64,000 bases of DNA from Sphyrna mokarran. Lineage: Eukaryota. Below the pieces are notes generated by a model that worked only from the letters and a program-made list of their open reading frames with translations, made no database searches and had not been told where the DNA came from. Location of the stretch: the NCBI GenBank assembly GCA_024679065.1, contig JAGIQG010000013.1:48236001-48300000 (forward strand). Direction: 5' to 3'. A program made the translations under genes and the position numbers. Shown here piece after piece: positions 24,204-37,769 of the stretch. Position 1 is the stretch's first letter. Every line of letters begins with the position of its first letter.

Positions 24204-24367
24204 CTGTTCTGGCTGATTGACATTGGAGAGGGGTGTCACAGTCCAGATGATGTTGAGTTGATTCAGAGCAGCATTTGTATTGAAGGTGCACGGTAGTTCA
24301 GCTGTTTGACCTCTGGCAACCTGTACACTCTTGCTACTCATAGTCACTTCTAATGATTCCACCCGAC
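24204..24367 (-). CDS. IGSF11: IGSF11 internal coding exon (end of signal peptide plus first half of the V-set Ig domain), 164 bp, phase 1 to 0
   Basis: Translates (G)[54 protein letters not shown], close to recalled human IGSF11 [25 protein letters not shown]...NLNVIWMVTPLSNANQPEQ. Acceptor cttttcttggcag, donor CAG|GTTGGT. Confidence 0.96.
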
Positions 24368-27300
24368 CTGCCAAGAAAAGATTAATAATATTGAACGGAT
24401 ATAAATGCAAACAACTAATGCCATTAAAGTGACCAGTGAACATTTTACAGTACTGCTTATGTGATGCAGATGCAATGAACTGTTCAAATAGTGACTGCAA
24501 GTTGAATTGGAATGTGTGACGAGCCTGCAATACGATCAAGGAGATCAGATGATACCACAGCATGACAATTTGTGGTTTGTGAATTCTATCTCAAGCCCAC
24601 AACCGTGCCACAGAATAGGACATATTATTTATTGCAATCTACATAAGACCAAGATATTTTGTATCAACATAAAATAAAACTTCTATAAGCTGGGCTTGCT
24701 TCAAAATAGCAGATAGCCTGAAAAAAATCAAAGATATTTTTTACAATCGTACCATAATAAGAGATTCTGAGTAGGTGACATGGTTTTCCAATAGATATTT
24801 CACAGGAAGATGACACATTTGAAAACTATTGAGATATTATTCAACACCAAGACATTTGCACATCACAGTACTTTTCCCATCTCAGTGAAGAGCTCTGCGT
24901 AAGAAATATATGTTTCAGTAAAGAAGCATTAGGGGAACTGTGCCCAGCCAATACAAGATGACCTGGGGTTGCAGCAAGATTAATTTACACTCGGCTCAAA
25001 GCTAACTCAGCGAATCAACAGCCCATGTTTCACCCTGGCAGAATTTACATTATATGGACAAATATTGTCAAAACTGTAAATCTCAGACACAGGCTAGGAA
25101 ATGAGCCCCCAAATGATGATCAACTATCATTCTGTGAACTCCGGGGAAAAGACTGAATGAGATAAAATAAATGACTGTGGATTTACAACAAGCCTTTTTC
25201 ACAAATTAGGCAAAGGCCAATTTCACCTCCAGCCTTGCACAAGATCGTCTGGTTAAAAGCTTGTCCATCCAAGAGAGAGGACTGATCACCCCTAATTTTG
25301 ATGTTGCAGACTCATTTCAGGTGGCCAAACATTTAGGATGCCACTGTCCACGTCTATTATTTGTGGTTAACTGACTCAATAAGGAGAATTTGAGGAATTT
25401 CTCACACTTAACATGACAGCAAGGCATAGTATGATAAGGATCAATAGGAAGAGGTATCAACTGAATATCCAGAATATTTCTGTCTAGATGCAAATGATCT
25501 TCACAAAATGTTTGATTTTCTGAAAGTTATCATCATTCATTAACCTTCCCTGTGATGTTCTGGGAAGAGAGTCAGAGAAGAGTCAAATTAACAAATATTT
25601 TAAAGGTGACAAGGCATAAATTTTAATAGAATGGATAAGGACTCTCTTAATATTTGCAAGTACAGTGGTGAAGGAAAGTCATACAAATGCACAAGCCTTG
25701 ACCAGAGTTGACATACAACGGTAAGGATCCTAAAAAAGGTTTCTTATATTACCACAAATAAGGACTGCCGATTCCAGAGTTGCAGCTGTCCATTGCCTGA
25801 AAGATTGATCTTGGAGCCTGTGTGTATCCACGATGGCTCTTGAATACACCAAGTTTCAGGCAATAGCCTATTAGTTCTCGGACTCCAAAACAATAGGTTT
25901 CCTTCACCTCAACCAGAAATGGCAAGGTGGTGATGTCCATGGCCCTTCCCCAATCGTCAACTTTCTTGTGCTCTATCTCTATAATGGTACCTCCCCCAAT
26001 AACATTATCTATTTCTTCAAGGGGAGGCAATCAGAGCTGGCGTATGAGAATGAAAATGCAAGCAACACACAATGTGAAAGAACATGAAGCAGGATGTAGA
26101 TTCAGAATCCCCGTGTGGTCTTTCCTGCTGCATCTCATAAACCACAGTCACAGCATAATTAACGCATGGAGGGCATCTATTTAAAATGGGCCCATCACTG
26201 CCACCTTCTGGTTACTAGTGACCAGTAATAAACATGGTTTGGTAGCAGTTCCCATACACCAAAAATAAAAGATACACAATTAAAACTGCTGCCTACAGTG
26301 CCCCCTCAATCTTGCCCTCTCCCATGGAAAGGAGTAAAAGATACAACAACAATGGTATGGCCTGCTCCTTACATAGCCAACAAGGAAGAAGCTTGTGTTC
26401 TCTTCCCCATGTACCATTTCCATTATTGTTAAAAGATCTCAAGTTAAAAATGGACACGTAAGAATATTTTAGTCTAGACGACTAGGGAACAGAAGGGCAG
26501 CAAAGCCTTCTGTAATAATCCCATCGAGACTGGTCTTTCATCACCATCATCCCTTACTTACAACATGCATGCCACTCGGCAGCTACAGTGTGCAGATCAA
26601 CCCCCAGAACCCTTTGACTGCCAGCCTGAGTCGAGTCAGTTGGTTTTAAACTCCAGTTGCTCCTTCCGTATTGGGCAAGCCTCCACTTGCCTAACAGGGG
26701 TGCTTGTACTCTACGAGACCCACGGAGAGATTGACTAACGATCCCCCACAGCCATCATAACACCTTGTCTTATTTGGACATTGCATCCAAATTGCTCTTG
26801 TAGAAAGATTTGAGCAAATGAAGTGAAGGCTAACATTTAAATCATCTGTCCCAGATGGCATCATTCAGCTAAAGGCATTTAAGTGTTGCCATCACCAAAT
26901 TGAGGGATTCATAGTAGGGATTTTGAACTGTATATGCAATTGCTTTATTGTTGGAAGTGATGGTTAAACATATTGTCAAGTCCAAGTTAAGGAGCTCTTA
27001 ACCATAGTGCAGTGTGAAGGACAATTTGCAGAGTTTACTATTTCAGAGGATGGACAGTGCCCAGGATGCCAAGAGATGATGAGGCACAATTTCCAAGTCA
27101 ACAAACTGGTTTATAAAAACACACGAAAAACAGAAAACAACTTTTAAAGAAGTGTACTGAAGTAATTTTAATTCCTTCACTCATACAGAAACTGGCAGAA
27201 TTAAATTGGCAACCCACTTTATACCTCACGTGATTTTATTTTACAATTAGATAATCCATTGGTTTAGTTAAAATTAAATCAACCACCTTACTGATACACC

Positions 27301-27589
27301 CGCTGTAGGTTAGCATTCAAGCTAAACAATCCAAAACCCTGGTTGGACAAAATTGAAGACAGCCATTTTAGACTGTAAAATCAGAGATTTGTCTTATTTA
27401 ACTGTCAATTGCCCAGAGCTCCAAAATTAACCTTTAGAAATATAGTTCTTTATTAATACCTAACTGTTTCAACCAATTTGCTTCCTTCCCAGTGTTGCAA
27501 AGCTGCAGAAACGGAGATGTCTATAATGGATCAGCTGAGACTGCCTCCCTCTTGGTTAGTTAATTAAATTGAGGTGGGGTATAAAACAG

Positions 27590-27724
27590 GAGGAAACTGG
27601 AGCACTTGCAAGAAGCCTGTGCAGACACAGGGAGAATGTGCAAACTCAACACAGACAGTGATCCAAGGAATCAAACCCACATCCCTGGCACTGTGAGGCA
27701 GCAGTGCCAACTACTGTGTCACCC
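27590..27724 (-). mobile_element. V-SINE 5' half
   Basis: Reverse complement of the HE1 head and the start of the V-domain. Confidence 0.75.
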
Positions 27725-27739
27725 AGTCATACATTATCA

Positions 27740-28640
27740 TCAGCATACTTTAGTTGCAGCATGTAGACAGGAAAGAGGGGGCCACAAGAGGAAAGGTGTA
27801 GTTGGGGGATGAGAAGTTATTGCTAGATGATATTCTAAAAATGACTAGATAAGAATGGATAAGAAAAATAATAAATTAGACATGTTAGAATGGTATTACA
27901 CAGTAGAACAACAATGGGGATGTTTTTGAGGAGGAGAATGTGATCAACTGCATGAAAGTCTACAGCCAAGTTGAGAAAGACAAGGACAGAGATTTTATTT
28001 TGTGGATGTCATTGATGACTTTGACAGGAGCAAGTAGGGTACTGTGCAGAGGAAGAAAGCTGACTGGATGAATTCAAATATGGAATTCCGAAAAAGACAT
28101 GCAAAGATTTGGAAAAACAACTGGATGCTCAAAGAATTTGGTGAGGAAAAAGGGAGATGAGGCAGTAGTTTGCAACATTAATGAGTTAAGAGTGCTGCTT
28201 TTTGAGGATGGTGATGGCAGATTTAAAAGGGAAGAAGCAAAATATGTTCAAATTGGGTCATTAGTAATTTGAGATGAGAATCAAGGGAGGAGGAGGTGGG
28301 GCAAGGTGAGGCTCAAGGCCAAGCTGAGCTTGGACAGGACAGGAGAGGAGATGGGAGAGGATTGAATAGTGAAACTGGAGAAAGATATTAGTTCAGGGCT
28401 GGGACAGGGGTGCAACTCGGTGGATGAGTAAAACGGAGGTATGTGGCAGGGCAGCTGATCACATGGTCTCAATCTTAATGAGAAACAAATCCATGAGCTC
28501 TTCATCCTTACCTCAAACAACAAGTACAAGGAAAATAAGGAGACTGATTTAAGGAAATGCAGTGGAGAAAAGAAGCCAGTAGTTATCCTTACATATTTTA
28601 AATGATCCTGGAATGATGAACTGGTTTAGTAGACTGAAGC
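27740..28640 (-). mobile_element. Old L2/CR1-group LINE relic
   Basis: Long G/A-rich degenerate tract typical of an antisense L2 ORF2. No intact motif was read. Confidence 0.4.
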
Positions 28641-29019
28641 AAGTCCAGAGAGTATAGCCAGAGAATAATTAAAAGCATGGATGCATTAGGATCAGCCCAA
28701 AATGTCACTGTGTCTTAAATGTCTTTTAAAAGCGACATTGTCTATTTTTGCTGAGACAGTGACTATCCTTGACTGATGTGTGGTGTCAAGGAGCCCCAGC
28801 AAATCTGAAGTTAATGGAAGCTAGACAGTTCTTCACTGTTGCTATGATAGCATAAAAAAAATGCGAGGATGTCACTGCACATTTTCTACAGGGTCCCAGT
28901 CCCAAACATCTTTAATTGTTTTATCAAGTGACATTCCCTCCATCATAAGGTTTGAAGTAGATATTTATTGTTGATTGCGTTATTTCAATATCATTTGCAA
29001 GTCCTCAGAGATTGAAGTG

Positions 29020-29770
29020 GTTTACGTCTGTTTGAACAATATTCAAGCTTGGGCTTAAACAGAAAATAATAACTGCACTGTACAAGTGCCAGGAAATGAC
29101 CATCTTCAACAAGACAAAATCCATTCCTCTTCCTTTAATACTCAATTGTATTATTCCCCACTAACATCTTGAGAGTTACCACGGACTTGAAAATGAACTG
29201 GCTGAGCTATCAGTTGCTGGATACAAGAGCTAATAACTCGATTTCATTTCCCCAAATCCCACCATCTGGGCACAAGTTAGGTATGTGATGGAATACTCTC
29301 CACTTGCCTGGTTGGGTGAAGCTCAAACAACATTCAAGGAGCTTTGACACCACGTAGGACAAAACTGCCATTTGATTAACATCCCTTCCGTCACTTTGAA
29401 CCTCCATGACCAATGCAGAATAGCAACAGTATACACCATCTATAAGATGCACTGCAGTAACTCAGCAAGGCTCCTTCAACAGCACCTTCCAAATCTATGA
29501 CTTCTATTACTAGAAGAACATAGGCAGCAAAAATAGTGGGAGAACCAATACCAAATTCTCCTATTAGCCATACACTATCTGGATTTGGAATTATAACGCC
29601 ATTCGTTCAGTATTTCTAGATCAAAATCCGTGAGCTCTTTTTCAAAAGCAATGAGTGTATCTACACCAAATGAACTGCACTGGTTCTACAAGGTTGCCCA
29701 GCACCACTTTCTAAAGGACAGAAAAGGGTGGGCAACAGCTTATCAGTGATATTCAAATCCCATGAAAGGA
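29020..29770 (+). mobile_element. 3' portion of a second CR1-group LINE family
   Basis: Collinear with 42530-42740 plus 43320-43500 and with 48315-48520. Contains an AQVRxxMEYSPLAW-like RT C-terminal motif (GCACAAGTTAGGTATGTGATGGAATACTCTCCACTTGCCTGG). Confidence 0.7.
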
Positions 29771-30057
29771 TATGTATATATTTTCTGAAGTATTTATTTT
29801 GATGAAACTAAACAGAGGAGATAATTGCTCCTAGATATTCGAGGCAAGGAACCTCCCAAAATGTATCTAATGTCATGGAAAGGAGCAGGGCAGTGACACT
29901 GAGAGCCTTTTTCCCTCTTCTCACACACTGCATGTCTTCATTATGATGGTCAAGGTATAATCCAGAATCAGTGAACAAAAACAATTAGCCAAAGAATAGA
30001 CTCAATTTTAGAAAAGTAATTTATTATATTAAAATGAAGTGTACACTCGTGTAGCAC

Positions 30058-30082
30058 TGTTCGTGGAAATTGTTCGTGGAAA
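30058..30082. repeat. Short tandem duplication (TGTTCGTGGAAAT) x~2
   Basis: Read directly from the sequence. Confidence 0.85.
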
Positions 30083-31280
30083 GACAATTATTTTGTCTTG
30101 ATTCACATTGTCATGTAGAGATGAAGGAATCTGATGTGTTCTCAGGATAAATATTGGGTTGAAGGATTTGTCCTGGGGCGAGGAAGTCAAGTCGCTGACG
30201 ACAGAATAGAATACATTAAAAAGGAAAGACTTGAGTGAATATTTACACTGATATCCTTTCCATCAATCACTGAAGAGCAAATTCAATATCATCTGGTTTC
30301 TAATAATCAGTGGGGAACGTGATGAATTAACCTGTTTTAACAAACAAATCATCGATTACCTCTGTCATGCAAAACCAAAATGTGGACTGGTTGATATTCC
30401 TGAAATTGTCTGTTGCTTGCTGATATTCCTTACTTTCCTGACAGGATGAATAGATGCACACTGACATACCTAGAATTCTTAGACAAGCAGTGCACAAGTC
30501 TCCCCAGGCAGTTAAAGACCAGACTGCTCCTGCGACCCACTGTCTAAGCTGGCACTGATTTGCATGCTGCAGAAAAATCACGCTGGTCCTCAACTTGATT
30601 GTATGTGGCTATTTCCAAAATTATAATCTTTGCTCTATATAGTTGCAGTTGGACTGTAGATGTGGAGTATTGTACACTAATGAAGCTTGGGAATCAGCTG
30701 AAGTCACATTTTAAAAAACTTCATGCTATTGATCACTGTTTAATGTGGAAATTTTAGCAATTAGCCAATTCAGTTCAATGAAAGTGACTTACCTTCAGCT
30801 TGTAACATATATATCTGATAAATGAGGATATGTTTCAGATATAAAAGTTAAGTGGAACTAGCATGGAACAAAGAACTAAAAAATATTGTGCCAGAATAGA
30901 ATCATGATCAAATATTTCTACTTTCCACCCTTGTGTCTCCCTCAAAATATCTCCCTTTGAATTTTGGTTTGGTTAAATCAGAAAACTTCCAAAGTTAGAC
31001 ACAATACAATCTGTATTATCCAGTACACACAGGTGATGCCAATTAACAAAGAGTTCCATTCACCAATGAAATATAGCACAACACACGTCACATGAACAAA
31101 TGTTCTAGTGCTTAAGTAAATGACAGCATTAATTCTACTTCTGTTAACAGTACATGAAAATTTAAGTTGATGCACAAAATAATACAGGTATCAGTCCCAA
31201 ATAATAATAACTGCCTATGGTTAGTAAAGTTACGATTCATACTGGCAATCGTAATATCTGAAATTCCAGTTGATAAACAA

Positions 31281-31314
31281 TTCCAATTGCTAGAGTGTTC
31301 CAATTGCTAGAGTG
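31281..31314. repeat. Perfect 17-bp tandem duplication (TTCCAATTGCTAGAGTG)2
   Basis: Read directly from the sequence. Confidence 0.95.
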
Positions 31315-31743
31315 CTACATAGCACAAAATTTACCATACTGAATTAGAAACAATATTTACTCAAATGAACACCACAGAGGTGCAAGTATCAACAATTCAA
31401 ATCTGTAATTACAGATTTATCATGAACCAACATTTTAATGTATAATCTCTGTTTGCTGCCAATAGGGAAATAATTAAAAACAACTGATAAAGAGTTGAAT
31501 GCCTTAAGCTCAGAACTTCTAGGCTAATTCTCTGCACTCTGAAATTCAAACCTCAGGGTAGATTTATATTACTTTCATTTCAGGTACATTTCTCTTGTAT
31601 CTGTCTTGCTAAGAATTGAGAAGTATTTCACCCAATTAAAATTATTTTTCAAATTAAAATCAAAAACCTTTTGCAAGTCATTGGCAATTTTAGGCCAACA
31701 AAAAGGCAAGAACTATCATTTCATTTGCTACCTTTCACAAGCT

Positions 31744-31827
31744 CAGTAAAAAAATCTCACAACACCAGGGTGAAGTCCAGATTTATTTGGAATCAAGTTT
31801 TCAGAGTGCTGCTCCTTCATCAGGTCA
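31744..31827 (-). mobile_element. Single arm of the hairpin Penelope-like family with hammerhead core
   Basis: Matches the 38256-38325 arm. Minus strand reads CUGAUGA-A-GGAG-cagca-CUCU-GAAA-ACUU (core at 31823-31817). Confidence 0.7.
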
Positions 31828-31854
31828 GGACACCTCAATCCCTTCCTCAGCCAA

Positions 31855-32080
31855 TGAGGATAAATGTTGGCCAAGACATGAAGAAAATACTCATGCTTGA
31901 ATTCACACAGTGCCCTGGGATCTTCAATGCCCATCTGAGAGGCCAGTTGACATCTCAGTTTAAAGTCTGATCCAAAAGGCATCACTTGGTACTGAAATTT
32001 CTGTCTAGATATGTGCTCAACTCACTGAATGGGGTTTTGAGCCTATGGCATTCTGACTTAAAAATAAGGGTGCTACCAAT
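31855..32080 (-). mobile_element. DeuSINE (SacSINE1-like), 5' portion
   Basis: Reverse complement aligns with 40497-40730 (tRNA-like head GTCAGAA...GCTCAA; Deu-domain GATCCCAGGGCACT...GGCCAACATTTATCCTCA). Confidence 0.65.
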
Positions 32081-32399
32081 AATCTGGCAATATAAAATAG
32101 TCTGGCTAAAATGAATTCAAATTTAAAGTAGTTGAGATTTATCACCTGCTGTGAGGACAAACACAAGTTCAAATGCCAGAAACGCCAGCAAGGACCACCG
32201 CATAAAAATCTACCTGATGTTTATCTTGTTCAATCCAGGGCTTTCAAGATTAATATTTAAAAAAAAACACAGGCACGTTTAATGTAACGATGGCTAGCAA
32301 TAAATAATTTCTATCTATTGGCCATTAAGAGGAGTATCCTATCCAACCAGAAATATGGGTACATTATTAGGTAATAAATGATTGGATAAAAGCAACATA

Positions 32400-33090
32400 C
32401 AAACATATGAACAGAATGCGGCCATTCAGGTCCTCGAGCCTGCTCTACCATTTGATAAGATCATGGCTGATCTGTTTGTGTTTCATATTTTACCTTCCCA
32501 TCAATCCCAGTAACCTTTGATTCCCTTGTCTATCAAGAATCTATCCACCTTCAAGATATTCAATTGCTCCCAACTCCATCAATTTTTAAGGCAGAGTTCC
32601 AAAGTCACACAACCCTCACAGAAAATACTTCTCATCTCCGATTTCAAACAGTGGCCCAACAAGAAGAAACTTCCTTTCAACATCCACCTTAGCAAGATCA
32701 TTCAGAATCTTGTACACTTGAATCAAGTCACCTTTTCACTCTTTCATACTCCAGTGGAAACAAGACAAGTCTGTCAAATCATTCCTCATAAGACAATTCA
32801 CTCATTCCAGATATCAGTCCAGCAAACTTCCTCTGAACCACATTCAACATATTCACATCCTTCCTTAAATAAATTAGACCAACATTACACACAAACACAC
32901 ATATCAATAAGATGCAGTCTCAACAATGCCCTTTATAACTGAAGTATTTCTACTTACTTTTATACTCAATTCCTTGCTTTATAAAGGATAGCATTCCATT
33001 AGCTTTCTTAACTATTTGCTGTACCTGCATTATAATATCTTGTGATTCATACAATGGAACTCCTAGATCCCTCTGCATTTAGAATTCTGC
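32400..33090 (-). mobile_element. Decayed CR1 3' part with internal deletions
   Basis: GGCCATTCAGGTCCTCGAGCCTGCTCTACCATTTGATAAGATCATGGCTGATCT 3' UTR plus RT-region remnants, comparable to 48840-48995 on the plus strand. Confidence 0.7.
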
Positions 33091-34624
33091 AGACACTCTC
33101 CATTTGCTTTTTTATTCTCGTCATCATTCTGACTACTTTGTGTCCAATGAGAGAATTCTACTGTTGGTGATAGAATTTAGTGCTTCGAAACTGGGTAAAT
33201 TCAGTTGTACTGATTTTTTCTTTGAAAATAAAATATTGTACATTTTGTAAAGTCACAGGAATGTTTAGGGGTTAAAGTTTTAGAAAATAACATGGAATGT
33301 CCACAGTCCATTACGCAACTTTCCTATGCATCTGACAGTGCACCCATGATTTGCAGCCTAAGTGCTATCTAGTTCAAACCAGTATCTCCTCACACTAAAG
33401 CTCATAGTAGGAATTTTCAGGAGTTCTTTCCAAATACCTGTGTGTTTGCCTTCTTTCTGCACGGATGCATGCCTCCTTCTGTTTGAAATCTCTGCATCGA
33501 TTCTTGTATGTTAGAAATAGGATACAGCAAAGGCAGTAGTAATGATAAATAATAAGTATAAAGACAATAACAACAGAGATTCAATTTTCTCTCATGTCTT
33601 TGATCACTACTACTTCATCTGCTAAAGATAGATTTTCATTCAGCCCAACATGAGTGAGATGACAGCTACAAAGAACAGGAATTTTCTTATTGTTGCCCTC
33701 ACAACAGGATTTACAACTAGTAGAGTGGATCAATAGGATGACAGTACTATGGTAACAAGAATAAAAGTGCCAAATATCCTTCGTTGTCATTAGGACTGGA
33801 GTTGAAAAAGTAAACTGCAAAATGGCTATCAAGTAATGAAATTTCCAATCTCATTCTATGGTATAGGTGTCTTATTTGACAGAAAGGAGAGCATCCAAGT
33901 TTTCCAAATCTTTTACATTAATCATTTTAAATGCAAGCTTTCATACGAGAACATTTTCAATGATCCCAGCTTTGAATTGGTCAAGACAGACCTCTGTTAA
34001 ATATGGTCTAATAAATGTACCTCTGGTACCCAGCTGTTGACACTGCTCAATAAAATCATCTTTAAGTGCATACCACATCATAATTGCTACTTCCCATTTT
34101 AAAAGCAGTACTAATTCTACCCAATTCATGTACAAAGCCATCCAGGATTTCTAGTATTTCTAACTTTCAAGATTCTCAATCACTTTGGCCGATGGAAGAA
34201 AACCTTGTCACTGAAAGATCTGGGGAAAAATAAACATCCTAATTCATATTAATTTTTTTTCTGCACTAGAACTATAGGTTCAGAAAACCATCTGAACCCA
34301 CAGCTTTTAATGCAGGAAAAAGTCTCCACTCCTATATATAGTAGCTAATTGCCAATTGCTAATTTTCTTTACCACTGACTTCGTTGAAGAGGAATTCAAC
34401 GAATTCCAGGTGAGATACAAAGCAGGAACCTGATCTACTATATGCAATTTCATGCGCCCACAAAATTGCACTTCACCAACTTTTATCCAATCCTACAGTA
34501 ATCCTAACTTCACTGAACAGCCACTGATTTATTGACATTGTGAGTTTAATCATTTAACCTGCTGACCAGTCTAGGAATATAGTACAGTGAATGAATTGCA
34601 CCAAACCAAAATTTTAAGCTGAAG

Positions 34625-34899
34625 TTTATTTATTAGTCACAAGTAAGACTTACATTAACACTGCAATGAAGTTACGGTGAAATCCTCTAGTTGCCACAGT
34701 CCGGTGCCTGTTCAGGTCAATGAACCTAACCAACATGTTTTTGAGAATGTGGGAGGAAACCAAAGCACCCAGAGAAAACCCATGCAAACACAGGGGAAAC
34801 ATGTAGACTCCATAAAGACAATTCCTGGCTTGGGTCATCGAACACAGGTCCCTGGCGCTGTAAGACAGCAGTACTAACCATTGTGCTACCAAGCCACCC
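34625..34899 (-). mobile_element. V-SINE, alternative-tail subfamily
   Basis: Full head, V-domain and tail ending ...CTTGTGACTAATAAATAAA on the minus strand, with a small internal deletion. Confidence 0.85.
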
Positions 34900-34913
34900 C
34901 TTCTGGTGACATT

Positions 34914-35131
34914 TCTCAGGCAACATTTTGTTACAATTACTTGGCATACCAGCCTACCGATGTCTCTCCAGATACAGCACAAGAAAGTTTTTGATGTGGG
35001 AGTCCTCTCCCATTGACTTTGCCTAGAGATTTCAGAAGCCTAATGCAAACTTTCAGGGAAGACCAGGAGTTTGGATATCCAAAGCCCCAAACAGCTGCAG
35101 TCCCTCCAATTCACTCCAATCAGAAGGGTCA
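34914..35131 (+). repeat. Unclassified ~220-bp repeat, copy 1
   Basis: Collinear with 37770-37996; shared blocks include CTCTCCAGATACAGCACA, GGGAAGACCAGGAGTTTGG and GCAGTCCCTCCAATTCACTCCAA. Confidence 0.85.
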
Positions 35132-37204
35132 ATTGTGAGCTATTCTTAGATCTGTTCTAAATCTGAAGTTACAATTCTTTGGTGTTTAACCGAAGTATTC
35201 TCAGACAGTCTCAACATCTTGAGGTCTATGGAACAGAGTCATGTGCTCCGAGTCTGTAGAAAGTTTACTTAGATTAGACCACAGTGAGGCAATCTAACAT
35301 CAATATGTAATGCAAGAACAGAAAATCCTGGAAATTCTTAGCAAACTGGCAGTATCTATGATGCGAGAAAGAGTTTCAGTTCAAGGACCTACCTTCAGAA
35401 GAAGCAAGGTATTGTATAATGTATATTGGTATTATTCTTTTACATAATCACCTCCAGTTTCTGAAAAGTAATCAAGCAAAACTATTCAATTATTCTTACA
35501 TATTTTCACTATTCAGTTCTCTTGTGCTTCTCTCCATAGAGATTATTCAAGCTCGGCAAAATTACAGCCTTGATAAACTGAAAAATTCATCCTCAGCTTT
35601 GATTTCATCTCTATAGTATTTTATCTCAATCACTCAACATAATCAGAGGCTGCTTAAGGCAAAATAGGTTATTTTTGGAAATGCTGTAAAATTTAATTTA
35701 AAACAATATAGGCCACTACATTTTATAATTCATCTGAAAGTGACTATGTTTGAGAGACACATGCAGTCCCATTTCAATATTACCACCACAGCAATTACTG
35801 TATCTCACTGCACCACACCACTTGGATATAAGGGATTGAACCAAATCTATACTGTTTGATCTAATAGAAATAAATTGTCTCTGATAAATCTTTGATATTG
35901 ATGAAATGTGAGAATTCATTACTGTTTGCTTTTCTAAAATAATTTTACTTCAGGATTTGTAGATTGAAGATGTTTTGTATAGAGAGATGAGTTGTCTTGG
36001 GATTTTCTCAGACTTATCTCAGGATGATTTCTTGAACATCTAATGCTGTCAAACAAAATGCATCTGCTATAAACAAGTGATATAAGAGAGGTATTAATCC
36101 ACAGATTTTGAAAAATCAATTGTATCCCTTAGAGGTCACGTCAATTTTCACTCTGAACTAACGATTTTCTCAGTTCTTCTCCTTCACTGCTTCATACTGG
36201 ACACAGTTCCATGGCGCCTAACAAAGAGCCATTTCCCATATGTGAACCTCAAGCATGTGCGTCAGCAATGTCTTTTCCTTCTCCTTCCATTAATCAAGCT
36301 CTGTCTGCACTGAAAGCTAATAAATATTCACTGCTGCTCAGAGCAGATAAGAAAATAGAAACGCCACATCGTGAAGGGTTATCCTTCCTTCCATTCACTT
36401 TTAAATTAGCTTTTTTATATCATTTAAATAAAACATCCTCTTCCTGAGGAAATGGCTTCTACTTCCTTATTTACATAGATAGAAGACAACTTTATACATG
36501 GTGCATCAAAAATTCAGTCGGATTTCCTAACTACCTACCATTCAACATTAGTAATGCAGATGTTACTATCTAACACAATATGGTACAAAAGTGATATCAA
36601 TAATTCCTAATATAGAGTGATGAACCAGAATTCTGCACCATATTACATAACTTCAGCTATTAAATGACTGTACTTTGATGCTTATGCCATCTTAGGCAGT
36701 GATTAATATTGCTATAAGCAGATTAAGACAGCCCCAGCTGCCAGGAGTTTGTCTCTCTCTGGTCACTACTGAGCAGGACTTGAGAAAGGGGAGCAGGTGT
36801 TTCTTATTGCTATGGAGACAATCCGTTGTAATCCGATTTTAACAACTATTAATAGTCTTCTTCCCTGACAAATGTATATATGTGGTCTACATGAATTCTG
36901 AGAGTTTGTGATGCAGTGTCAAATGAGAAAATTGGCAAAAGCTGACAACTGCAAAAACAACAGATCATTCAGAATCAGCTGGAATACAAGCTTACAATCA
37001 AAGCCACTGAGGTGGATAATGAAAGTCAGGAATTTTCATTGACATTTTTGGTGCCACATTCTGCAAATTAGTTCCTTTCTGATTTAGTCTTGTTCATGTA
37101 AATAAGCCCTTACTATAGACAGTGGAGTGGGTTATGACGCTTGGCATGAATTAAGTTGCAATTTTATTCAACATTCCAAAACTTGGATAAGCTAAAGAAA
37201 GTAC

Positions 37205-37276
37205 TCGGGAACATCAAGGTGGCGGTATGGGCTTGTTGGACCGAAGGGGCTGTTTCCCGTGCTGTTTTGTTCTTTG
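37205..37276 (+). mobile_element. CR1 3' UTR/tail fragment
   Basis: GGCTTGTTGGACCGAAGGGGCTGTTTCCCGTGCTGT is a typical CR1 3' terminus. Confidence 0.55.
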
Positions 37277-37769
37277 CACTCAAAGTGCATTTTTCTTCGT
37301 GTTTCTTAGAAGTGTCTAAAAGAGATGGTGAACACTGGAAATGAAATCTCATGCTTTCAGAGAGATTCAGAAGCTGATGCTCTTCACTCAAGGATTCTGT
37401 AGGTTTTTTTTTAAATAAAAAAGTCTGCTTATTGTAGTTTTTTCTTTGCAGTGAAAAAGTACCCACTTGAAAATCTCTTCACCCTCTGATCCTCGCATAA
37501 ATGCCAGAATCAACTGTACAGTGAAGTCTGGCAGTAACACTGCCAAAATCGGTGATGTCAAGGAGTTCACCAAATTTATAAAGAATAGTGGGTGCCTGCA
37601 TTACTAAAACATCAGGTGCCCAAGAGACAGACCAAGATTGCCTAAAGAGGGTGTCAGATTGAGTGGTCCAAATATAATGCTCAAAGTCTTCCTTCATGAG
37701 GAACGAGAAAAAAATTAATAAATTAAATTTTCTTCCTGGAGCCCAAGCAAGGATCTCCAGGAGGGTCTC

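Noticed and set aside
24368-24563. N-terminal part of ORF 24174-24563 ([14 protein letters not shown]...) as the IGSF11 signal peptide
   Set aside because: A good splice acceptor lies at 24370-24368 where homology begins. The upstream ~65 codons are most simply intron read-through.
31281-31314. Direct repeats as a CRISPR-like array
   Set aside because: Two abutting copies with no spacers in eukaryotic DNA; a simple slippage duplication.
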